Origin: Omnitrophica bacterium GWA2_41_15
GTDB taxonomy: Bacteria; Omnitrophota; Gorgyraeia; Gygaellales; Profunditerraquicolaceae
Reading direction: 5' to 3'
Length of the DNA stretch: 54,113 nucleotides
Assembly (NCBI GenBank): GCA_919902445.1
Contig: CAKKQZ010000052.1
Span: forward strand, 1 to 54,113
Part shown: one piece after another, positions 16,221 through 24,159 of the stretch
Layout of the letters: each line of letters begins with the position of its first letter
Position numbering within the stretch: the first letter of the stretch is position 1
Notes under the pieces: model-generated
What the model saw: the letters and a program-made list of their open reading frames with translations, nothing else
Database searches by the model: none
Told to the model about the DNA's origin: nothing
Program-made: the position numbers and the translations under genes

Positions 16221-17588
16221 CTACTCAATGCGGGCGATGTTTTCAAATCTTGTATATTCTTTGATAAATGAGAGTTTCAAGGCGCCTACCGGCCCGTTAC
16301 GTTGTTTGGCAATAATAACTTCCGCCACCCCCTGATTGTCGGGCGTCGGATTATAATACTCTTCCCTTAATATCAAGACAACTACATCCGCATCCTGCTC
16401 TATTGCGCCGGATTCCCTTAAATCCGATAGCTGCGGCCGATGGTCTGTGCGCGATTCTACCGCGCGGGATAACTGGCTTATTGCTATCACCGGAATACTT
16501 AATTCGCGCGCAAGCGCCTTGAGTGAGCGCGAAATCTCAGAGATCTCCTGCTGCCTGTTCTCTGTATTATTACTTGAGCCGCTCATTAACTGCATGTAAT
16601 CCAGTATAATCAGTTTTATATCCTGGTGCGCTTTAAGGCGCCTGGCTTTAGCGCGTAATTGCATTACCGTTATACCTGCTGAATCGTCGATAAATATGGG
16701 GGCTTCGGAAAGTTTTCCCGCTGCCGCAGTAAGGCGCGGCCAGTCAGAAACAGCAAGGTAGCCCGTCCTGACCTTATGGGCGTCAACCCTGGCATGAGAA
16801 CAAAGCATCCTCTGAACAAGCTGCTCCTTGGCCATCTCTAAACTAAAAATCGCTAAGGGCACCTTTTCTATTACTCCGGCGTATTCTGCTATTCCCAGCG
16901 CAAAAGCGCTTTTGCCCATTGAGGGCCTTCCGGCAACAACCACAAGGTCCGAATTCTGCAGCCCGGCTGTCTTTATATCAAAATCAATATAGCCCGTCGG
17001 AATACCGGTAACATGCGCCTTCTTCTGATAAAGCCTGTCTATGGACTCAATACTATCCTTAACAATTTCTTTCAGGTGCAAGGTTGTGCCTGAACTTTTT
17101 CTATCGCTAACTTCAAATATAAATTTTTCGGCGCTATCAACCACCTCGTTGACATTGCCTTCACTTTCATAACATAAAGAAACAATCCGCGTGGCATTAT
17201 TTATCAGGGTCCTTAAGATACTTTTTTCCTTGACGATGCTTGAGTAGTGGCTGATATTTGCCGCTGTAGGAACAGAGTTTGCAAGCGCTGTTAAAAAACT
17301 TGGCCCCCCAACTTCCTCCAGCGTCTCCTCTTTTTTTAGCGCATCCGTCAAAGTGATCAGGTCAACCGGCTTATTGGCGCTGTAAAGGCTTATGATTGCC
17401 TCAAATATTTTACGGTGGCTGTCTTTGTAAAAAGAATCCCTGTCCAGCATTTCACTGGCAACTGAAATAGCATCTTCATCGAGCAGCATGGAACCTAATA
17501 CCGCCATTTCAGCTTCCAGGTTTTGCGGAGGAATTTTGTCTAATGATACTGAGCCGAGCATATTTTGCATTATTTCTTTACAATCCAA
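16221..17588 (-). CDS. dnaB: replicative DNA helicase
   Basis: 455 aa. Walker A GRPSMGKSAF and DnaB N- and C-terminal domains. Confidence 0.95.
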   Translation of the reverse strand: MDCKEIMQNMLGSVSLDKIPPQNLEAEMAVLGSMLLDEDAISVASEMLDRDSFYKDSHRKIFEAIISLYSANKPVDLITLTDALKKEETLEEVGGPSFLTALANSVPTAANISHYSSIVKEKSILRTLINNATRIVSLCYESEGNVNEVVDSAEKFIFEVSDRKSSGTTLHLKEIVKDSIESIDRLYQKKAHVTGIPTGYIDFDIKTAGLQNSDLVVVAGRPSMGKSAFALGIAEYAGVIEKVPLAIFSLEMAKEQLVQRMLCSHARVDAHKVRTGYLAVSDWPRLTAAAGKLSEAPIFIDDSAGITVMQLRAKARRLKAHQDIKLIILDYMQLMSGSSNNTENRQQEISEISRSLKALARELSIPVIAISQLSRAVESRTDHRPQLSDLRESGAIEQDADVVVLILREEYYNPTPDNQGVAEVIIAKQRNGPVGALKLSFIKEYTRFENIARIE

Positions 17589-18013
17589 ACCTTAATTTTG
17601 GCAAGGACTTCCGGGTGCAGCCTTACCGGTACCTCGTAAATCCCTAAAGCCTTAATCGGTTCATCCAGCATAATGGAATTCTTATTTATCTCAAAGCCCT
17701 CTTCTTTTAATGCCGCTGCCAGATCAATAACGCCTATACTTCCGTATAGCTTATCTTCTTCCTGCGTAAGCGCTTGGAGAGTTAAAGAGATGCCCTCTAA
17801 TCTCTCCTTTTGCTCCTCTGCCTCATCTTGAATTTTTTCCTGCTGGAGATTCTTTTTAATCTTTTCCTGCTCCAGCCGTTTTAAATTTTCAGGAGTCAAA
17901 GGAATAGCGAGTTTATTAGGTATAAGAAAATTACGGGCAAACCCATCTTTCACCTTTACAACTGCCCCGGCTTTCCCTATCCTATCCACATCTTTATTTA
18001 ATATGACTTCCAT
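17570..18013 (-). CDS. rplI: 50S ribosomal protein L9
   Basis: 147 aa. MEVILNKDVDRIGKAGAVVKVKDGFARNFLIP. Confidence 0.93.
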   Translation of the reverse strand: MEVILNKDVDRIGKAGAVVKVKDGFARNFLIPNKLAIPLTPENLKRLEQEKIKKNLQQEKIQDEAEEQKERLEGISLTLQALTQEEDKLYGSIGVIDLAAALKEEGFEINKNSIMLDEPIKALGIYEVPVRLHPEVLAKIKVWIVKK

Positions 18014-18023
18014 AATACACCTC

Positions 18024-18228
18024 TTAATGAGCCCACAACTTACGGAACGTCAGTGAACGTAAGTTGTTTGGGCGAATTATTGAGCACCTAAAGTTTCTAT
18101 TAGCGAAATCCCGCGTAAGCGGGGATCCCCACATCTTGTTTCCAAGCAAACAGCGGGATAAGTTCGGACAGATAAGTTATGTCGTTTAGATTTCTTATTA
18201 TATAGTTCTCCATAACTTATGTCCTTAC
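18024..18228 (-). repeat. full stop-to-start hairpin cassette (modules D-C-B-A) between rpsR and rplI
   Basis: A 18024-18078, B 18080-18124, C 18126-18158, D 18159-18228. It fills the whole spacer between the rpsR stop codon and the rplI SD. Confidence 0.85.
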
Positions 18229-18525
18229 TTAACGCGTATAAGGAATAAGTGAAAGGAACCTTGCCTTTTTTATTGCCTCGGCAATACGCCTCTCGTGTTT
18301 GGCGCAATTTCCTGAGATACGGCTTGAAACAATCTTTCCGCGCTCGGTAATAAAGGCCTCAAGCCTTTTTACATCCTTATAATCGATAGACTTCACCTTA
18401 TCCTCCGCGCAGAAACGGCAGAATCTTTTTCTGGCAGGCAGATGATCGCGCTTCTTAATAATTATCTTACCTCTGGCACCGGCTTTAGTGCCCGCTTTAG
18501 TAAATGTTTTTGTCTTAACTTTCAT
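18229..18525 (-). CDS. rpsR: 30S ribosomal protein S18
   Basis: 98 aa. [30 protein letters not shown] signature. Confidence 0.92.
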   Translation of the reverse strand: MKVKTKTFTKAGTKAGARGKIIIKKRDHLPARKRFCRFCAEDKVKSIDYKDVKRLEAFITERGKIVSSRISGNCAKHERRIAEAIKKARFLSLIPYTR

Positions 18526-18958
18526 TTGCTTCTTCCTCGCTTTCTCCTAACCATGTGTTTTCGCTGGATTGCTCCACTTGCCCGGATAATTCAACTGCAG
18601 GTTCTGCTGCCTGCGGCTTAACCTCGCCGGCCTTGCCTAAAAACTGCACGCGTTCAGCCCTTACTTCGATAACGCTTTTTTTCTGTCCGGCATTATCCTC
18701 CCAGGAACGCGACTGCAATCTTCCCTCCACAAAAAGTGGGCTTCCTTTATGCAAATACTGGTTACAGGTTTCTGCCTGTTTATTCCACACTACCGCGGTA
18801 ATAAAACAAACCTCTTCTTTTAGTTCGCCGTTTTTATTTTTAAACCTGCGGTTTACTGCAAGGCGCAGATTAGCCACTGCCACTCCTTGCGGGGTATAAC
18901 GCAGTTCCGGGTCTTTGGTTAAATTACCCATAAGATAAACTCTATTGAAACTTGCCAT
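18515..18958 (-). CDS. ssb: single-stranded DNA-binding protein
   Basis: 147 aa. OB-fold N-terminus ([21 protein letters not shown]) and an acidic C-terminal tail. Confidence 0.9.
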   Translation of the reverse strand: MASFNRVYLMGNLTKDPELRYTPQGVAVANLRLAVNRRFKNKNGELKEEVCFITAVVWNKQAETCNQYLHKGSPLFVEGRLQSRSWEDNAGQKKSVIEVRAERVQFLGKAGEVKPQAAEPAVELSGQVEQSSENTWLGESEEEANES

Positions 18959-19009
18959 GTCAAACCTCCTCTTGGCTTATTTCGCGAGCAAGCCGCATCT
19001 AGCATGGTA

Positions 19010-19062
19010 GGGACAGTCCCCTTTGTTTTTTCAAAAATTTGCACTCTGACGGGGACAGTCCC
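19010..19062. repeat. pair of GGGACAGTCCC palindromes
   Basis: AGGGACAGTCCCC (19009-19021) and GGGGACAGTCCCT (19051-19063) in the rpsF-ssb spacer. Confidence 0.85.
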
Positions 19063-19095
19063 TACTGCAGTGTTCATGCCGCTTCCTTTCCTTCT

Positions 19096-19383
19096 TTACT
19101 CTAGTTTTGTAAAAAGGGATCTTAATATATTTTCATTGAGGCTGTAGGTGCGCGTTACCTCTTTTAATAAAAGCGGGGGAAGAGAAAACTGTAAAAGATA
19201 ATATACGCCTTCCTGATGCTTCTTTATAGGAAAATATAATTTCCTTTTTTCCGACCAGATAGCGCCGCTGGAAACCTGGCCTTGATTTTTAGTTACTGTC
19301 TCTCCTATCTGGCTGAAAAGTGTTTTCTTCTCATCCTCAGACAGGTCCGGCCTAATGATAAACATCGCTTCGTACTTATTCAC
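19096..19383 (-). CDS. rpsF: 30S ribosomal protein S6
   Basis: 95 aa. MNKYEAMFIIRPDLSEDE start. Confidence 0.9.
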   Translation of the reverse strand: MNKYEAMFIIRPDLSEDEKKTLFSQIGETVTKNQGQVSSGAIWSEKRKLYFPIKKHQEGVYYLLQFSLPPLLLKEVTRTYSLNENILRSLFTKLE

Positions 19384-19405
19384 GCCTGCCCTTCCTTTCT
19401 TAAAT

Positions 19406-19990
19406 TTAGCCCCGGCCCTTTTTTGAAGGGCGGTTGTAAATATTCATTGCCCCTGTTGTGCCTTTTGTTGCCCAGGACTCGCAACAACCTAGTGCTTTTT
19501 CTATTGTTTCCTTGACTCGGGTTTTTTCCTTTTTTGAAAACTCAGACAAAACGTAATCAGCTGTTTCCATATCTTTATTGGGCCTGCCGATCCCAACGCG
19601 CAAACGCGCAAATCCTTCACATTTTAGCGAATCTATTATAGACTGGATGCCCCTATGGCCAGCCGATGAGCCGGAAGGCCGTAATTTTAACCTTCCGAAT
19701 TCCAGGTCCAGGTCATCGCAAATAACCAATAAACTCTCTATGCCTACCTTGTATTTTTTGAGAACCCGGCTTACCGCTGTGCCGGATAGGTTCATAAAGG
19801 TAAGCGGCAATGCCAGGGCTATATTTCTCCCTGCTATTCTTACTCTAGCGCTTAAGGAAGAAATTCCGAAATCTTTTTTTAAAGCGGCTTTATATTCTCT
19901 GGCTAACGCCTTTACAACCGTAAAGCCTATATTATGCCTTGAATGAGCGTAAACATCACCCGGGTTACCCAGTCCGACGATTAATTTCAT
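19406..19990 (-). CDS. pth: peptidyl-tRNA hydrolase
   Basis: 194 aa. LIVGLGNPG and HNIGF motifs. Confidence 0.93.
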   Translation of the reverse strand: MKLIVGLGNPGDVYAHSRHNIGFTVVKALAREYKAALKKDFGISSLSARVRIAGRNIALALPLTFMNLSGTAVSRVLKKYKVGIESLLVICDDLDLEFGRLKLRPSGSSAGHRGIQSIIDSLKCEGFARLRVGIGRPNKDMETADYVLSEFSKKEKTRVKETIEKALGCCESWATKGTTGAMNIYNRPSKKGRG

Positions 19991-20026
19991 TTAAGCTCTA
20001 AGCTTTAAGCTTACGGCTTACAGCTT

Positions 20027-20740
20027 TTATTTTCCTTTCTCTTTCTCCTTGCCTTCCTTTTTCCCCTCTTCTTGCGCGCCTTCTTCAGCAGGGGCTTCCT
20101 TCTTTTCCTTGATTACCTCAGGCTCTTGCGGCACTTCTCCTTCCAGAGGCGCAGCAACAACCTCTTCTTTCATAGGAGCTGCTACGGATAGTATAATCGA
20201 GGTCTGGTCATTTAAAATCTTAACCCCTTCGGGAACAATTAAATCCTTTACGTGAACAGAATCCCCTATTTTCATTTGGGCAACATCCACTTCGAACTCT
20301 TTAGGGATATTAGTAGGCAGGCACTCTACTTCAACCTCCCAGAGTATATGTTCCAATGCGCCGCCTTCCTGCTTTACTCCCGCAGGCTCTCCCTTTGCCA
20401 CCACAGGCACATTAACTTTAATCGCCTTAGTCAGGGATATCTGGTTAAAATCAACGTGTTTTATGTCCCCGTGAACCGGATCATATTGAACCTCTTTGAT
20501 TAGGCAGGGGCGGGATTTAAATTTCTTATCATCCTTAATCTTAATGTTGATTATAACGCCCTCTATCCTGTGCTGCTGGTGCACAAGCCTGATGAGCGCG
20601 CTGTTTGAAACCTTCAAGGCCTGCGATTCTCTTCCGTCGGCATAAATTACCGCGGGGATAAAACCTTTATCCCTTAAATCTTTAACCTTGCCTCTTCCCT
20701 TTTCTTCCCTTAGCTCTGCTTCTAAAAATATCTCATCCAT
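20027..20740 (-). CDS. rplY: 50S ribosomal protein L25 (Ctc form)
   Basis: 237 aa. L25/Ctc N- and C-terminal domains plus a Lys/Glu-rich tail. Confidence 0.88.
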   Translation of the reverse strand: MDEIFLEAELREEKGRGKVKDLRDKGFIPAVIYADGRESQALKVSNSALIRLVHQQHRIEGVIINIKIKDDKKFKSRPCLIKEVQYDPVHGDIKHVDFNQISLTKAIKVNVPVVAKGEPAGVKQEGGALEHILWEVEVECLPTNIPKEFEVDVAQMKIGDSVHVKDLIVPEGVKILNDQTSIILSVAAPMKEEVVAAPLEGEVPQEPEVIKEKKEAPAEEGAQEEGKKEGKEKEKGK

Positions 20741-20839
20741 AATAATAAAACTCTCCTTAATGAGCCCACAACTTACGGAACGTTAGTTGTTTGGGCGAAT
20801 TAATCCCAATAACAATCTAATCGGTATTTCTAACTTAGG

Positions 20840-21778
20840 CTAGTCAAACAGGGAGCTAACTGACTCTTCATTGTGTATCCTCTTGATCGCCTCGCCTAAA
20901 AGATCCGCGACCGACAATACCTTAATACGTGGATGCCTTTTATGGCTATTCAAAGGAATACTATCTGAAATAACCAGTTCCTTAAGCTCCTTACATTTAT
21001 CAAGCCGCTCTATCGCAGGGCCTGATAAAACTCCGTGCGCAATTGCCGCATAAATATTTTTTGCCCCTCCCCTTTTTAAGAACCCTACTCCTTCGAAAAG
21101 CGAACTTCCGGTGGCAATCAAGTCGTCTACAATTATCGCATTCTTGCCCTTAACTTCTCCTAATATGTGCACTGCCTCGGTTTTCTCGGGAGAATCGCGC
21201 CTTTTATCGATAATAGCGAGGCCCGCTTCGAATCTTTTTGCGTAAGCGCGCGCCATTTTGATCCCGCCGACATCGGGGGAAACAATTACTAAATCCTTGA
21301 TTTTTAATTTTTTAAAGTATTCCGTAAAAACACCCACTGAAAAAAGATGGTCCACGGGTATATCAAAAAAACCCTGGATCTGCCCGGCATGTAAATCCAT
21401 AGTCAAAACCCTGTTCGCGCCGGCTGTAGTAATAAGGTTTGCCACTAACTTTGCGGCAATAGGAACGCGCGGCTGATCCTTTCTATCCTGGCGGGCGTAA
21501 CCAAAATAAGGCATCACGGCGGTTATGCGCTGGGCTGATGACCTTCTTAAGGCATCGCACATAATCAAAAGCTCCATAAGATTTTCATTCGGGGGAGGGC
21601 AGGTCGGCTGAATTATGAATACGTCTTTGCCGCGCACATTCTCATTGATTTTTACCCGTATCTCACCCTCGCTGAACCTTGCCACAAAGGCATCTGATAA
21701 TTTAGCCTTCAGGTACTTACAAATATTCTTAGCTAAGCCCGGATGCGCATTCCCGCTAAAAATCGCTAATTTATCCAC
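20840..21778 (-). CDS. prs: ribose-phosphate pyrophosphokinase
   Basis: 312 aa. DLHAGQIQGFF and IIVDDLIATGSS. GTG start. Confidence 0.95.
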   Translation of the reverse strand: MDKLAIFSGNAHPGLAKNICKYLKAKLSDAFVARFSEGEIRVKINENVRGKDVFIIQPTCPPPNENLMELLIMCDALRRSSAQRITAVMPYFGYARQDRKDQPRVPIAAKLVANLITTAGANRVLTMDLHAGQIQGFFDIPVDHLFSVGVFTEYFKKLKIKDLVIVSPDVGGIKMARAYAKRFEAGLAIIDKRRDSPEKTEAVHILGEVKGKNAIIVDDLIATGSSLFEGVGFLKRGGAKNIYAAIAHGVLSGPAIERLDKCKELKELVISDSIPLNSHKRHPRIKVLSVADLLGEAIKRIHNEESVSSLFD

Positions 21779-21862
21779 GTGCGCCCTTCCTTTCGCTTTT
21801 TATCCTCCTTCGCGCTTTAATAAACACGTAATAGCTTTGACGCGCTACGGAGGGCTTAGTAA

Positions 21863-23116
21863 TTACCTTTTTTTTAATACCCTTGCCGGAACACCTGCAA
21901 CCGCTGTCCAGTCTTTGACCTTTGTATGTTTTGTAACTACCGACCCGGCTCCGGTTATCGCGCCTTTACCGATTTTTACGGGAGCTACAAAAATAGTATC
22001 GGAGCCGATATTTGCCCTGTCTTTGATCTCGGTGATGCTCTTTTTACCTCGGTCAAAATTAGCCGTAACCGTACCGGCGCCGATATTCACATTTTGGCCG
22101 ATACGGCTATCACCGAGATAACAAAAATGTTTGGCTATAGTTTTGGAGGAAATCTTTGAGCGGACAACCTCAAGGAAATTTCCCAATGTTACATCATCTT
22201 TTAGTTCGGTGCCTTCCCGAAGGTGAGCAAAAGGCCCAACGAAGCAGCGTTTGCCAATTTTAACACCTCTTTCGATGACTGTAAAGGGATAAATAGTGGT
22301 ATTCCGGCCTATTTTTACGCCATAACTTATAAAGGTAGAATCAGGGTCAACAATAGTAATTCCCTTTTGCATAAAATCTTCGTTTATGCGCTTTTGCATT
22401 AGCGCGTTTGCCTTTGCCAGTTCAGAGCGGGAATTTATCCCTAATGCTTCGTCGGTATCGGATATCCTTACTGAATCAATGAGCTTGCCTTTTTTATAAA
22501 GTATGCTTATTATATCCGTGAGGTAATATTCTTTTTTTCGGTTATTGGGACGGATATATTTTAGGCCCTCTGATAAACTCTCACTTTTAAAACAAATTAT
22601 TCCGGTGTTAATTTCTTTAATATCTTTCTGAAAATCATCCGCGTCTTTTTCTTCTACAATGCCTAAAACGCTTGAGTATTTATCGCGTAAAATCCTGCCG
22701 TAACCGGAAGGTTTATCTAATTGCGCGGTCAAAATAGTAGCGTCCACATTATTTTCGATGTGGTACTTTAAAAGTTTATCGATGCTGTCTTTCCTTAAAA
22801 GCGGTATATCTGCGTAAAGCACTAATACCGTGCCTTTAAAACCCTTTAACGCACTCAAGGCGCACTTGACTGCATCCGCAGTGCCGGCAAGCCGTTTTTG
22901 TATAACAACTTTTTCACCCGGCGAAAGTGACTTTCTTACTTCTTGATGCCTGTGGCCAAGCACCGTAACAGGCTTTTTGATTTTTAAATCCTTGGCCAGC
23001 TCAAAGACATATTCCAGCATCGGCCTGCCGCAAAGCGGATGTAGGACTTTAGGCGTATCGGATTTCATCCGCTCTCCCTTCCCCGCTGCCAAAATTATAC
23101 AAGCAATTTTTTTCAT
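21863..23116 (-). CDS. glmU: bifunctional GlcNAc-1-P uridylyltransferase / GlcN-1-P acetyltransferase
   Basis: 417 aa. LAAGKGERM N-terminus and a C-terminal hexapeptide beta-helix. Confidence 0.9.
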   Translation of the reverse strand: MKKIACIILAAGKGERMKSDTPKVLHPLCGRPMLEYVFELAKDLKIKKPVTVLGHRHQEVRKSLSPGEKVVIQKRLAGTADAVKCALSALKGFKGTVLVLYADIPLLRKDSIDKLLKYHIENNVDATILTAQLDKPSGYGRILRDKYSSVLGIVEEKDADDFQKDIKEINTGIICFKSESLSEGLKYIRPNNRKKEYYLTDIISILYKKGKLIDSVRISDTDEALGINSRSELAKANALMQKRINEDFMQKGITIVDPDSTFISYGVKIGRNTTIYPFTVIERGVKIGKRCFVGPFAHLREGTELKDDVTLGNFLEVVRSKISSKTIAKHFCYLGDSRIGQNVNIGAGTVTANFDRGKKSITEIKDRANIGSDTIFVAPVKIGKGAITGAGSVVTKHTKVKDWTAVAGVPARVLKKR

Positions 23117-23286
23117 CTTTGAAGAATTAAACCTCCTCTTAACTTTCGCCGCATTGCTTTCTGATTCCCCGTTAACACCTTATCCGCCAATTCATTTATC
23201 AACCTGAAACCTTCGAGTTTGTTTTGTGCGGATATTTTTGCGCCTTTTAAGATTTTCTCTTTTTTTGTCTCCCACCCAAACCTCAT
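23113..23286 (-). CDS. small ORF (57 aa), unknown function, not in the supplied ORF track
   Basis: Hand-translated MRFGWETKKEKILKGAKISAQNKLEGFRLINELADKVLTGNQKAMRRKLRGGLILQR. ATGA start/stop overlaps with the upstream gene (23283-23286) and with glmU (23113-23116). Confidence 0.35.
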   Translation of the reverse strand: MRFGWETKKEKILKGAKISAQNKLEGFRLINELADKVLTGNQKAMRRKLRGGLILQR

Positions 23287-23774
23287 CTTAGGCTCCTTGC
23301 TAACTTTAAGTCTTCGATATCTTTCAGGTCTTTTTCTCTGCCGGCAGCTTTCTTCATCTCTATAAATTTTTTAGGAGAAATAACAGTTAAATTCAACCCT
23401 GCGGCCTTAACTTTTACGGCATCCCTGATAGCGTCTTTAAAATCAACGGGAGAATCTATAATGATGTCAACCTCTTCGTATGTCCTTTCCCCTTTATAAA
23501 AATTAAATGCCTTCATATTCTTATTTATCACCCAATCTTGGCGCGTCTTTTTATCCGCTATCATAACAGGATCCACCGGCTGCTTAACATGGTAACCTGC
23601 TTTTTTTAGAATATTAACAATCTTAAGGAGGTTTTTATCGGCCATTTCAACAAGGATATCCATATCAAGCGTATTGCGGTAGCCGCCGAGAAGGTTAAAT
23701 GCTATGCCTCCCACCAACACGTATTTTACCTTTTGTTTCTGAAACTCCCTCAGTATCTCCTCGTAAATTATCAT
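23283..23774 (-). CDS. putative nucleotidyltransferase-fold protein (small MNT/DUF-type)
   Basis: 163 aa. VLVGGIAFNLLGGYRNTLDMDILV resembles the G-x-x...D-x-D NTase core. C-terminal AGREKDLKDIEDL motif. Confidence 0.45.
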   Translation of the reverse strand: MIIYEEILREFQKQKVKYVLVGGIAFNLLGGYRNTLDMDILVEMADKNLLKIVNILKKAGYHVKQPVDPVMIADKKTRQDWVINKNMKAFNFYKGERTYEEVDIIIDSPVDFKDAIRDAVKVKAAGLNLTVISPKKFIEMKKAAGREKDLKDIEDLKLARSLR

Positions 23775-23987
23775 AGCTTAAACGCAGCTAATCACACCCT
23801 TTTAAAACATCCAAACTGTTTGGCTGGGATGTATGGATTCCGCTTCGCTAGAACCAGTCGTCCTCGCTTACGCTCTTCCTCCCCATAGGGGCTCTGCCCC
23901 TCTGGCGTCCCGCTTTCAGCGGGACTGTCACCCCGAAAGCGTGGGGACGGTCTCCCCACACCCCTTAGGTTCTCATCTAGATAACTG

Positions 23988-24058
23988 CTGGGACGTATGG
24001 ATTCGAACCATAATAGCGAGACCCAAATTCTCGTGTCCTACCATTGGACGACATCCCA
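23988..24058 (-). tRNA. tRNA-Gln (anticodon TTG)
   Basis: Reverse complement TGGGATGTCGTCCAATGGTAGGACACGAGAATTTGGGTCTCG..., anticodon loop ATTTGGG, T-arm TATGGTTCGAATCCATA. CCA is not encoded. Confidence 0.85.
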
Positions 24059-24092
24059 AAATTTATAAGCTGTGGCGTCCATACCCACCATT

Positions 24093-24159
24093 GTCCCGCT
24101 GAATCCATTCCTTATCGCCAGCGGGATCCCGCTGGCACTAATTATACGCTGCAGCGGGA
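24093..24159. repeat. CGGGATCCCG double-hairpin element upstream of tRNA-Gln
   Basis: GTCCCGCTG ... CCAGCGGGATCCCGCTGG ... CAGCGGGA. Same three-part architecture as 34820-34880, 50613-50685, 13316-13378 and 52143-52185. Confidence 0.8.

Noticed and set aside
18077-18307. 76-aa ORF overlapping rpsR and the repeat cassette; likewise 44259-44492 (77 aa) and 23833-24102 (89 aa, plus strand).
   Set aside because: They run through hairpin modules or through the tRNA-Gln gene, and they overlap well-supported genes or elements. No motifs or RBS.
21615-22121. Long plus-strand ORFs such as 21615-22121 (168 aa), 47689-48240 (183 aa), 7143-7640 (165 aa), 28600-29061 (153 aa) and 40501-40926 (141 aa).
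   Set aside because: Each lies fully antisense to a minus-strand gene with strong family motifs. They have low-complexity, Ser/Leu/Phe-rich shadow-ORF composition.
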